From contig JAHLWP010000069.1 of assembly GCA_019057865.1 (NCBI GenBank), forward strand, positions 1 to 11,336: a stretch of 11,336 bases of DNA, in the 5' to 3' direction. The notes below the pieces were generated by a model. The model did not search any database and was not told where the DNA came from. It worked only from the letters and a program-made list of their open reading frames with translations. The translations under genes and the position numbers were made by a program. Source of the DNA: Promethearchaeota archaeon (lineage in GTDB: Archaea; Asgardarchaeota; Lokiarchaeia; Sigyniarchaeales; SOKP01). The stretch's first letter is position 1, and each line of letters begins with the position of its first letter. Shown here piece after piece: positions 1-7,821 of the stretch.

Positions 1-105
1 CTTTATACTGAAAAAGTTATACCCTCATTTGTTTCAGAAAAAGATCTGAAAGAATATTATGAAAAAAGAATGGAAGAGGTTAATGATTTTATAGATAAAT
101 TATAA
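1..105 (+). CDS. 3' end of an upstream CDS, truncated by the window edge (unknown function)
   Basis: Frame +1 is open from base 1 (LYTEKVIPSFVSEKDLKEYYEKRMEEVNDFIDKL) to TAA at 103-105, 17 nt before the next ATG, so it is probably co-transcribed with it. Confidence 0.7.
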   Translation, partial: LYTEKVIPSFVSEKDLKEYYEKRMEEVNDFIDKL

Positions 106-108
106 AAA

Positions 109-113
109 GAGGT
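109..113 (+). promoter_or_regulatory. Shine-Dalgarno-like site for the CDS at 123
   Basis: GAGGT ends 9 nt before ATG123. Confidence 0.55.
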
Positions 114-122
114 AATGAAAGA

Positions 123-815
123 ATGGAAGAAAGCATACCAGTTTCAGAAGAAAAGGATAAGTTAGACCCAAAAGCACTTGCGACTGATGCCTTTTACGCA
201 GCGGTTAAAGGTATTGGTGGATTATTCTTAAAAGCTTTTATGAACTTAACTATTGAAGGTGCTGATAATATTCCTATCAGGGAAAAAGCGATATTGACTA
301 CGGTCAGTAAGAATATAATGCGCGATATGCTTGTTATAAGTCAGTTAAGTGGAAGGAAAATTCATTTCATGCTTGATCCAAAATTAATGAGACATGCCAT
401 TGCTGGACCAGTTCTTAAATCACTAGGAATGATTAGGAGTACTGAAAGTAAAGAAGATACGGAGCCTATTGACAAGGTTTTTGAAATTCTTAATGCAAAA
501 GGTGATCTCGTAGCGATGACACCTGAAGCCAAATTGGATCGTGAAGTCCAAATAAAATCTATGGCAGCGATAATTAAATTTGCCGTAGCAGGGGAAGCAC
601 CAATTATCCCGGTTGCGATTTTTACTGAAAAAACAAAAATTTTAAACATGTTCACAGGGGATGGATTGAAAGTTAAGGTTGGAACGCCACTAAAAGTAGA
701 AAAGAGATTAACTCGTGAAAAATATCGTCCAGAAAGATATGAATTAGCAGAAGATATTATTAATATAATTGAATCCCTTGTAGAGCACCCTGAAACAGAA
801 GAAGATGAAAATTAG
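123..815 (+). CDS. PlsC/LPLAT-fold acyltransferase-like protein with a degenerate active site
   Basis: Family pattern: 'LTIEGADNIP..KAILT', 'RKIHFMLDPKLMRH..GPVLKSLGMI', 'LVAMTPEA' (FPEG block), 'APIIPVAI', 'LKVKVGTPL'. The HxxxxD motif reads K63-NIMR-D68. Confidence 0.8.
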   Translation: MEESIPVSEEKDKLDPKALATDAFYAAVKGIGGLFLKAFMNLTIEGADNIPIREKAILTTVSKNIMRDMLVISQLSGRKIHFMLDPKLMRHAIAGPVLKSLGMIRSTESKEDTEPIDKVFEILNAKGDLVAMTPEAKLDREVQIKSMAAIIKFAVAGEAPIIPVAIFTEKTKILNMFTGDGLKVKVGTPLKVEKRLTREKYRPERYELAEDIINIIESLVEHPETEEDEN

Positions 816-840
816 TAATTTTAGTTTTTCTTAATAGTTT

Positions 841-1470
841 TTATTTATTCCAGTGAATATAAATCCACCATTGGAATTTTTTTTCTTTATATATACCATC
901 ACACGTAGCAACAAGTTCAAATCCATTATATTCATGCCAAAGAGCCGATGCTTTATTAGCAAGAGGAATTTCTACTATAAAAGCAACAATTGGAACTCCT
1001 GTATTTGCTAAAATTTGATTTAGGATAGCTATACCAACGCCTTTTCGTTGATAATCTGGTATTATACTTATTTGGTCTAAGTATGCGAATTTTTTTTCTT
1101 TACTAGTGAGGAGTTCTTCTATATTTTTGTCATCAGTATATAAATTATCTAAGGTTGTACGGAAATTCGCGATATTATATTTATTTTTATGAGTACTCGC
1201 AAATCCAATGATATCTCCATTATTATTTTTGGCTACATAAATATCACAATTTGGATCTTCAATAAGTTCCTTATAATACTCTATATCTACTTCTTTTCTT
1301 AAAAATCCACGATTTTCTAAATATTTTCTCTGTTTTTTAGAGATCTTATCGAAATCATGTATTTCAATTAGATTTTCCTTAAGTGCATTATATACCCCTA
1401 AAGCATCTTTTGATTTAGCAATTTCAACTATTACATCAATTTTCTGCGATTCTACATTTTTATCAACCAT
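841..1470 (-). CDS. GNAT-family N-acetyltransferase
   Basis: 'YLDQISIIPDYQRKGVG' (acetyl-CoA motif A, Q/RxxGxG), 'NKASALWHEYNGF' (motif B) and 'IYVAKNNNGDIIGFA'. An SD-like AAGTGA lies 5 nt upstream. Confidence 0.9.
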   Translation of the reverse strand: MVDKNVESQKIDVIVEIAKSKDALGVYNALKENLIEIHDFDKISKKQRKYLENRGFLRKEVDIEYYKELIEDPNCDIYVAKNNNGDIIGFASTHKNKYNIANFRTTLDNLYTDDKNIEELLTSKEKKFAYLDQISIIPDYQRKGVGIAILNQILANTGVPIVAFIVEIPLANKASALWHEYNGFELVATCDGIYKEKKFQWWIYIHWNK

Positions 1471-1644
1471 TTAAATCACTTGTATATATTTAATACCCCC
1501 TAAATCAATTGTATAATAGTCATAATACAATGAATGATTTTTATATATTCTTTTTTTACAAAAAGTTAAAATTCCAATACGAAAAGTAGAATATTTTAAA
1601 TTTATGATATGATTAGAATTAGATAAAACTTTTCAAGATTAAAA

Positions 1645-3042
1645 ATGTCATTTACTACCGAACAAGAATATACATTTAAAACAACTCTTGTGTTCTGGAA
1701 GTTTTTTGAGTTAGGGCTTTATTTTGATCTACCAGATGTAAGAGAATTTTTAGAGAAAGAAGGAACATTAAAGGTATACAAGGATTACCGTTTTAAAATT
1801 GAAAAAGAAGGTAGAGTTAAAATTGATCAACCTTTAAAATGGATATCTAGCCAATCACATAATTACGCTCCGGTTTGCTTTAAAATTGGAGGTTCTAACA
1901 GATTTAAATGTGCTACTAATCCAAATATAATAGGAAAACTCCGGTTAGAGGGTCATATTCATTATGGATCTATACTTGTTATTCATTGTGAACTAATTTT
2001 TGATAATTATCACAAAATTGAAGAATTTATAGAGATTTCTCAACCTCAAAATATAATTATAGAAAGTACGGGAAATCCCATTACAGAAAAGTTCATAGAA
2101 ATTAGAACTAATGTTATAAATACATTGAAAAAAGCTAATTATCCGGATAAAGCAAAATTAGAATCAGCTTTGGAGCCTTGGCACCATACATGGATTATAT
2201 GGGATGCTAAACCAGACTTTAATAGAGCAGATTATCGATTTATTGGAAAGGAAATTGGAAAAAATGCAAAATATTCTATAGGTCTTACTTTAAGAACTGA
2301 TAAATATCGTGAATTAGATCCAATAGCTTATAGGGATCAAATAAATTTAAAGAATTTATCACCGTATAAGGATGAGTTTGTGATGATAACTCATGCTGGA
2401 AATGTTGTGATGCCAGGTCCAGGGCTTTTAGATCCATATACGATGAAGAACTTTTTAATTGATACAATTTTTGCTCCAGAAGTCGGAAATGTACAGAGAT
2501 TTTTGATATTAATGCATATGGAAAACATTCTTACTGTTGCTGAAAGATTTGATAAAGTCATTTCAGAAACTAGAGCATTGGAAGAACAACTAACTTTGAG
2601 GGTAAAAATTGAAAGGCTAGAATCCCTTGAGTCAGAATTAAATCGAATTATTCTTGAGTTAAATAAAGATATTATCATATCAAAAATTACCCGTTTGTTG
2701 TTTACAAGTACATTTAAAACCAATATGTTCAATGAAATGATTGATAAATTGGATGGTTTCACATTTTCAACGCAAACAGATGATGTAATCGCTAGAATTA
2801 GGAAATCATTAAATAGAGAAAGGAATACATTAAATACTAAATCTTCAGCAATAGAAAATAAATTTTTAGCAATCCTTAATTACCTTGCCCTATTTGAATT
2901 AGCTACTTTAGTGATTTCATTAGCTTTAGGGGATATGTTCAAGGAGGATATTCCTGGTATTGGCATAGTTCAGATTGTTGTAGCATTATCTATAGTCATA
3001 ATAGCAATTATATTATTAAGAATGCAAGAGAAGAAGTTATAG
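1645..3042 (+). CDS. Membrane protein with a large soluble domain, long helical stalk and two C-terminal TM helices (RMD1/DUF155- or CorA-like architecture)
   Basis: 465 aa. Alpha/beta N-domain, heptad-like helices ('RALEEQLTLRVKIERLESLESELNRIILELNK') and two terminal hydrophobic segments ('FLAILNYLALFELATLVISLAL', 'IGIVQIVVALSIVIIAIILL'). No GMN motif. The CDS is secure; the family call is tentative. Confidence 0.55.
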   Translation: MSFTTEQEYTFKTTLVFWKFFELGLYFDLPDVREFLEKEGTLKVYKDYRFKIEKEGRVKIDQPLKWISSQSHNYAPVCFKIGGSNRFKCATNPNIIGKLRLEGHIHYGSILVIHCELIFDNYHKIEEFIEISQPQNIIIESTGNPITEKFIEIRTNVINTLKKANYPDKAKLESALEPWHHTWIIWDAKPDFNRADYRFIGKEIGKNAKYSIGLTLRTDKYRELDPIAYRDQINLKNLSPYKDEFVMITHAGNVVMPGPGLLDPYTMKNFLIDTIFAPEVGNVQRFLILMHMENILTVAERFDKVISETRALEEQLTLRVKIERLESLESELNRIILELNKDIIISKITRLLFTSTFKTNMFNEMIDKLDGFTFSTQTDDVIARIRKSLNRERNTLNTKSSAIENKFLAILNYLALFELATLVISLALGDMFKEDIPGIGIVQIVVALSIVIIAIILLRMQEKKL

Positions 3043-3043
3043 T

Positions 3044-3067
3044 AACTAAATTAGTTCCTTTTTTTTT
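3044..3067 (+). terminator. Putative terminator: short inverted repeat followed by T9
   Basis: AACTAA-A-TTAGTT (3044-3056), then a T run at 3059-3067, directly after the stop at 3042. Confidence 0.5.
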
Positions 3068-3108
3068 CTAATTCAAGTAAAATTATAATAAATAGAAATG
3101 GATTAATA

Positions 3109-4257
3109 ATGGTTGATTATATTAAAATAGAGGGAAATCCTGCTGAAAGAGGTTTCCAACAGGGAGAAAAATTGAAGGATAAGATTTATAATATGTTTGA
3201 TGTTGTCTTTCATTCAAAAATGTTTTCGGAAGTGACCTCTAAATTAATACCACTCTCAATAATTAAACTTGCGTTAGGCATTATGGGTAAAAAAAATATA
3301 AAGAAGCCTTTACAACAACTTCTTCCAAATCAGTATGATAAGATGATAGCTCTAAGTAAAGGAGCTGGTATAAAAGGAAAGATCCTTTATGGAAGTCATT
3401 TTATAGAAATAATGTCAGGAAACCCGAAATCTCTTTACAAAAATCCTCCAGTTCAGGCATGTTCAATGGTTTTCGCACTTCCAGAAGCTACCACAGATAA
3501 TTCGATGATATTTGGTCGGAATTATGATTTTCCTAATGTCCTCCAACCATTCCAAGTAGCTCGCGAAGAGGTTCCTGATAATGGCTATAAAAATATAAAC
3601 ATCACCCAGTATCCTCTTACAGGTTGTCATATGGGATTAAATGAAGAGGGTTTATCAATTGGTTATAACTATGGTCGCTCCTGGAAAAAAGAGCCACTTG
3701 ATTTTAGGCTAAGAGGTGTTCCTGGTACTTTCATTGTACAAGAAGTGTTAGAAACTTGTGCAACAACTCAAGAAGCTATTGAGTTTATTACTAATTTCAG
3801 TGCTAGGTCAAATGGATGTCATTATGGCCTAATAGACGCTTCTGGAGACTCTTGTGTTATAGAAACGACAAGTACTCGCCATGCCATTCGACGTCCTGAA
3901 GATGGCATCTTAGCTCATACTAACCACTACCAGACTGAAGAACTCATTGATGCAAATTTACCAGATTATGTACGCTTTAAAATAGACGATATGGATATTT
4001 CTCCTATAGAATCTCCTATTAGACGTTATAAGAGAGAAATTGAGTTATTAACAGAAAAGAAAGGCCAAATTACTATGGATACAATTAAAAAGATTCTAGG
4101 TGATCATGACAATAGAGAACCAGATGATTTTACAGTATGTACACATTCTCATAGATTTGGTACACTTGGCTCTGTAATTATCTTACCATTAAAAAAAGAA
4201 TTCTGGGTTACCGATTATTATCCATGTAATTCTGAATATGAGAAATTTTCATTATAG
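3109..4257 (+). CDS. Peptidase C45 family Ntn-hydrolase (acyl-CoA:6-aminopenicillanic acid acyltransferase-like, autoproteolytic)
   Basis: N-terminal 'IEGNPAERGFQQGE', nucleophile site 'QA-CSMVF', 'GRNYDF', 'GLNEEGL', 'LIDASGD', 'AHTNHY', 'VCTH..FGTLGS'. Confidence 0.9.
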   Translation: MVDYIKIEGNPAERGFQQGEKLKDKIYNMFDVVFHSKMFSEVTSKLIPLSIIKLALGIMGKKNIKKPLQQLLPNQYDKMIALSKGAGIKGKILYGSHFIEIMSGNPKSLYKNPPVQACSMVFALPEATTDNSMIFGRNYDFPNVLQPFQVAREEVPDNGYKNINITQYPLTGCHMGLNEEGLSIGYNYGRSWKKEPLDFRLRGVPGTFIVQEVLETCATTQEAIEFITNFSARSNGCHYGLIDASGDSCVIETTSTRHAIRRPEDGILAHTNHYQTEELIDANLPDYVRFKIDDMDISPIESPIRRYKREIELLTEKKGQITMDTIKKILGDHDNREPDDFTVCTHSHRFGTLGSVIILPLKKEFWVTDYYPCNSEYEKFSL

Positions 4258-4284
4258 GGATACTTTGAAAAATAAAAAAAGGTT

Positions 4285-4293
4285 AAAAAAAAA
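4285..4293 (-). terminator. Oligo-T terminator on the minus strand for the C2-like gene
   Basis: A9 on the plus strand (T9 on minus) about 10 nt after the stop at 4304, with further A tracts at 4268-4280. Confidence 0.45.
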
Positions 4294-4303
4294 TATGGTT
4301 AGT

Positions 4304-4792
4304 TTAATATCTTGTTCTAGTCGCTTGGATTCGCAGTTTTGCTTTAGTTCTTTCTTTTGCATCTTGTAATATAATATATTGTGTTTTTGATGGTAATTTT
4401 ATTTGAAATTCTTGTTCAGCAACAACTTGGTCCTTTTTCAAATGATCTTTTTCTCTTAGAATAACTTTTATTGTTTCTACTGCCGGTTCTTCAGCTCGAA
4501 CTGTTTTGAATTGACTCCAAAGAGACATGTCTGCTCTCGAGACAAATTCTTGATTTTTCTGTAATTTAATCGTCCCTTTATTTGGAAATCTAGCTTTAAA
4601 AACCTTAGGACCGTCCACCTTAAAGTAGAATTCTCCACGCCATCCTAAAATATCATAATCTTTCAAAGTTTTTAGGCTCATCAATTCTATACTGATTAAA
4701 TATCGTTCTTTTTCTTCTCCTACTTGATCTTGAGTAAAAGCCTCACCTTTTGCACGAGTCTTTTTTCCCTTAGCATAATACCTTCGACTAAT
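4304..4792 (-). CDS. C2-domain-like protein, about 162 aa, with a probable ATT start (the ORF track gives only 4304..4684)
   Basis: The frame stays open from 4684 up to 4798, adding (M)SRRYYAKGKKTRAKGEAFTQDQVGEEKERYLISIE. SD AGGTGA lies 6 nt before ATT at 4792-4790. C2-like pattern: 'YLISIELMSLKTLKDYDILGWRGEFYFKV' and 'IKVILREKDHLKKDQVVAEQEFQI'. Confidence 0.65.
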   Translation of the reverse strand: MSRRYYAKGKKTRAKGEAFTQDQVGEEKERYLISIELMSLKTLKDYDILGWRGEFYFKVDGPKVFKARFPNKGTIKLQKNQEFVSRADMSLWSQFKTVRAEEPAVETIKVILREKDHLKKDQVVAEQEFQIKLPSKTQYIILQDAKERTKAKLRIQATRTRY

Positions 4793-4798
4793 AATAAT

Positions 4799-4804
4799 TC
4801 ACCT
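4799..4804 (-). promoter_or_regulatory. Shine-Dalgarno site AGGTGA before ATT-ATT-ATT
   Basis: The minus strand reads TTTAT-AGGTGA-ATT-ATT-ATT-AGT-CGA. The TGA inside the SD is also the in-frame stop that bounds the ORF. Confidence 0.65.
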
Positions 4805-4925
4805 ATAAAATTAGAATTATTTGAAAATTTGTTTTGAATCTAATATAAATTATATCTATAAATGTTTTCTTGTTAAATATTTTGATATTATTTTGTGATT
4901 AATATTAGAATTCAAAAATCAAATT

Positions 4926-5195
4926 TTAACCCCAATCACTTTTATATCCTGTTCCGCCTCTTGGCCAGTTAAATATTAAAGCTCCTTCTATACAAACATA
5001 CCAACATGCACCGCATTCCATACATTTATCAAGGTTTTTAATAGTCGCTTTATTATTAATGATCTCAAAGCAGTCTGCTAAGCATACTTTTACACAATTC
5101 GCACATCCAATGCATATCTCTTCCTCAATCTTGATAAATTCACCTGTACCCTCGATCCACTCAATTCCCGGAATTTCTTCAAAGGTTTTAACCAT
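4926..5195 (-). CDS. 2x[4Fe-4S] ferredoxin, FixX-like
   Basis: Two CxxCxxCxxxC motifs (CIGCANCVKVC, CMECGACWYVC) and a FixX-type C-terminus 'WPRGGTG..WG'. Starts 1 nt after the flavoprotein stop, with a purine-rich SD (GAGGGGGA) in the upstream gene's tail. Confidence 0.9.
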   Translation of the reverse strand: MVKTFEEIPGIEWIEGTGEFIKIEEEICIGCANCVKVCLADCFEIINNKATIKNLDKCMECGACWYVCIEGALIFNWPRGGTGYKSDWG

Positions 5196-5196
5196 T

Positions 5197-6870
5197 TCAT
5201 CCCCCTCTTCTATTTATCGGTTCTTGGAAAATTAATGGATTCGCATGATCAACAAAATTGATTAACTTTTTATTCAAACTCTCAGTTAGGGGATTTAATA
5301 ATTTTAATAAACCTAAATAAAAAGGTTTAATAAATGGTAATGTAATTTTCATAAACTTATTAGCAGCATTAGAAAACGGGTGAATAAACCATTTAAATAA
5401 ACGACTGGAAAATTTTACAAAGGAATTTATCCAATTTAGTATTGACAAGAAAAATGATTCTTTAACCGTTATTTTATTTTGTAATTGAATTTTTAGCTCT
5501 TTCTTTCTTGAATAATCATAACTTTCATGCAACCAGTTTTGGAAATATCTAAAATACATTTTTATCCATTTTGAAATGATCTTCGGGTCTTTTCTTAGAT
5601 ACAAAAGTATAGTTTTAATTAATGGAGTAGTGAAATGAGTAAGTGAGCCTAAACCCCAACCATTATATATAAATTTCTTCAGTTTCCTCCTACTATGTTG
5701 CTCTTGTGCTATTCGTAGATTATACCTATTAGTGCTTGAAATGGACCATTGGATGATAGAATGAGCTTTTATTCGCTCATCATACTTTTTTAAAAATGAT
5801 TTAGAAAAATTATTTACTTTTATGGCATTAATAGCCACATCAGCTGCTATTTCTGCAGAAAACCACGCTGCTGGTACACCATCACAGAGTTCTGTACTTT
5901 CAAGACCAGCAGCATCTCCAATTAAAATCATTCCATTTATATGGTTATGCATATTTCGTAATTTTTTATTAAGTCCAACATAAATTTCAAAACCTTCCCA
6001 CATTCTTGCTCTTAATTTAGCTCGAGGAGCTACCTTATTTTTCCACCATGGTAAGGTTGATGTGATATTAACATGATATTCATCAAATAATTTTTTAAGA
6101 TTAGGAATTGATTTCTGATCTGTTCTTAAACATTGGTCTTGCATAAAATGAAGACTTTTTCTATAAGGCCAAACCATTAATCCGTTACCATACCCAAGAG
6201 GAGGAGCTATTTTTTGCTCGTCCCATCCCCAGCACATTTTTACTGAATATCCAAATATCTTATCAATATCTTCTTTTGACATTTCATAATCGTAGATATC
6301 AGCTAATGAAATTGCTTCAGGAGGATACTTCTCTCTCACACCAGCTTTAATTGCCAATAAACCTTGAGAACCTTCTGCATCAATAACAATCTTTGACCTA
6401 ATTTTCTCTCCTATATCTGTTATGATGCCTTTTACATATCCATCTTCTTTTATTACATCTATTACTGTGGTTGATGTTCTTAATTCTGCTCCAGCTTCAA
6501 TGGCTTTCTTAGCTTCCCATTCACAAAATGGCTTACAATATGTATTATAACCAAATGCGATTATTGGTGAAAAAGGTTTTGGGACCTTTAAAGAGTCGTC
6601 TATATCAATCTCTCCTTTTTCTATATCTTTAATAATATAATTAATTATCCCATCTGCTGGTCTTTCAAAAGGAGGGTTACCATCCCTAATGAATTCTGGT
6701 CCAAATAGAAAACCGTAAAAAGGTATGGTTAATCCAGAAATAACTTTGTCTCCAACATTCTGCGATCTTTCTATCATCAGTGTTTTTAAACCGGCATCTG
6801 CGCACTTTTTAGCAGCAATAGGACCACCAAATCCAGCGCCAACAACAACTATATCATATTTTTCATTCAT
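5197..6870 (-). CDS. FAD-dependent oxidoreductase of the FixC / geranylgeranyl-reductase superfamily with a C-terminal extension
   Basis: Rossmann motif 'YDIVVVGAGFGG', 'IERSQNVGDKVISG', 'VIDAEG' and 'LIGDAAG'. Coupled to a FixX-like ferredoxin. Confidence 0.85.
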   Translation of the reverse strand: MNEKYDIVVVGAGFGGPIAAKKCADAGLKTLMIERSQNVGDKVISGLTIPFYGFLFGPEFIRDGNPPFERPADGIINYIIKDIEKGEIDIDDSLKVPKPFSPIIAFGYNTYCKPFCEWEAKKAIEAGAELRTSTTVIDVIKEDGYVKGIITDIGEKIRSKIVIDAEGSQGLLAIKAGVREKYPPEAISLADIYDYEMSKEDIDKIFGYSVKMCWGWDEQKIAPPLGYGNGLMVWPYRKSLHFMQDQCLRTDQKSIPNLKKLFDEYHVNITSTLPWWKNKVAPRAKLRARMWEGFEIYVGLNKKLRNMHNHINGMILIGDAAGLESTELCDGVPAAWFSAEIAADVAINAIKVNNFSKSFLKKYDERIKAHSIIQWSISSTNRYNLRIAQEQHSRRKLKKFIYNGWGLGSLTHFTTPLIKTILLYLRKDPKIISKWIKMYFRYFQNWLHESYDYSRKKELKIQLQNKITVKESFFLSILNWINSFVKFSSRLFKWFIHPFSNAANKFMKITLPFIKPFYLGLLKLLNPLTESLNKKLINFVDHANPLIFQEPINRRGG

Positions 6871-7041
6871 ATTAATATCATTTATACTAAATATTTTTAA
6901 ATGTTTAACTATTTTAAAATAATTTTTAAATCGAAAATTTGGTAAAAACCTTAATAAATTATAATCAACGTTTTAACAATATTTATTAATAGGAACTTTT
7001 ATGGATTTTTTATAACTAAATAATAATCTTAAATCATTATC

Positions 7042-7797
7042 GTGCTTTTTATGATGTTTGTAGCTTTAGATGATTTCACTCAACTTTCTGGACTACTTGG
7101 GCTTATAACGGTGTGTATAGCTTGGTTTTATGGAATTATTGTACTCTACAAGGCTATAAAGGAAAAACAAAAAATACTTTATTATTTCTTTTTTGCAGTT
7201 ATATTTACAATGTCGCCTTGGTATCCTAGTGGCTTGGGATATTTATATTGGCTATTTACACGAGAAATATTTGAATATTCCTTTTATGTTCTATTAGGCA
7301 CAATTGGCGTTCCTTTTGCTTTATATTCTTGGCTTCAAATATATTTGCCAGCTTTACATCCTAATAAGAAAAAGATAGTTACAATAAGTACAATAATTTT
7401 TTCAATCGTTTTTTACGTGTATCTGATATTTTTCCTATTCAGCGCTCCAGGAGCTCCTGTAGATGAGTTAATTGGTATTAAAAGAAACGCAATGGATATA
7501 GATTATAAAGGTTTTATCTTGGTGTTCTTGGCTTTTTCTTTATTAGTAAGTACAATAACCGGAAATGATTTTTCTATTGCTTCGCTAAAAGTAAAAGATC
7601 CAGTAATTCGCTGGAAAGGTAGGTTTTTGATACTATCATTTAATTTATTTGCAATTGGAGCTATAGGAGATGGATTTATACCACTAACGCCAATAACCTT
7701 GATAATTTTCAGAACCTTCATGCTTCTTGCAAATACTTTTTACTATATAGGTTTTATAATGCCCAAGTGGATGAAGAAAATACTTTCATTAGAATAA
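7042..7797 (+). CDS. Standalone 7-TM membrane protein (HisKA_7TM-like sensor fold; no output domain)
   Basis: Seven hydrophobic segments, a longer TM4-TM5 loop and a basic TM5-TM6 loop 'KVKDPVIRWKGRF'. The true start may be one of the nearby downstream ATGs. Confidence 0.7.
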   Translation: MLFMMFVALDDFTQLSGLLGLITVCIAWFYGIIVLYKAIKEKQKILYYFFFAVIFTMSPWYPSGLGYLYWLFTREIFEYSFYVLLGTIGVPFALYSWLQIYLPALHPNKKKIVTISTIIFSIVFYVYLIFFLFSAPGAPVDELIGIKRNAMDIDYKGFILVFLAFSLLVSTITGNDFSIASLKVKDPVIRWKGRFLILSFNLFAIGAIGDGFIPLTPITLIIFRTFMLLANTFYYIGFIMPKWMKKILSLE

Positions 7798-7821
7798 TCT
7801 TATTTTTAAATTCACTTTTTT

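Noticed and set aside
362-655. 97-aa minus-strand ORF
   Set aside because: Antisense shadow inside the PlsC-fold gene, with no motif.
2285-2762. 60-aa and 123-aa minus-strand ORFs
   Set aside because: Antisense shadows within the 465-aa gene, with no recognisable features.
3109-4257. C45 protein as evidence of penicillin biosynthesis
   Set aside because: The family is widespread, and there is no ACV synthetase or isopenicillin N synthase nearby.
4774-4776. ATG near the C2-like gene as its start
   Set aside because: It is out of frame and gives only an 18-aa peptide, while the C2-like frame is continuous without a frameshift.
6725-6922. 65-aa plus-strand ORF
   Set aside because: Antisense to the conserved Rossmann motif of the flavoprotein.
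7503-7721. 72-aa minus-strand ORF
   Set aside because: Antisense shadow of the 7TM gene.
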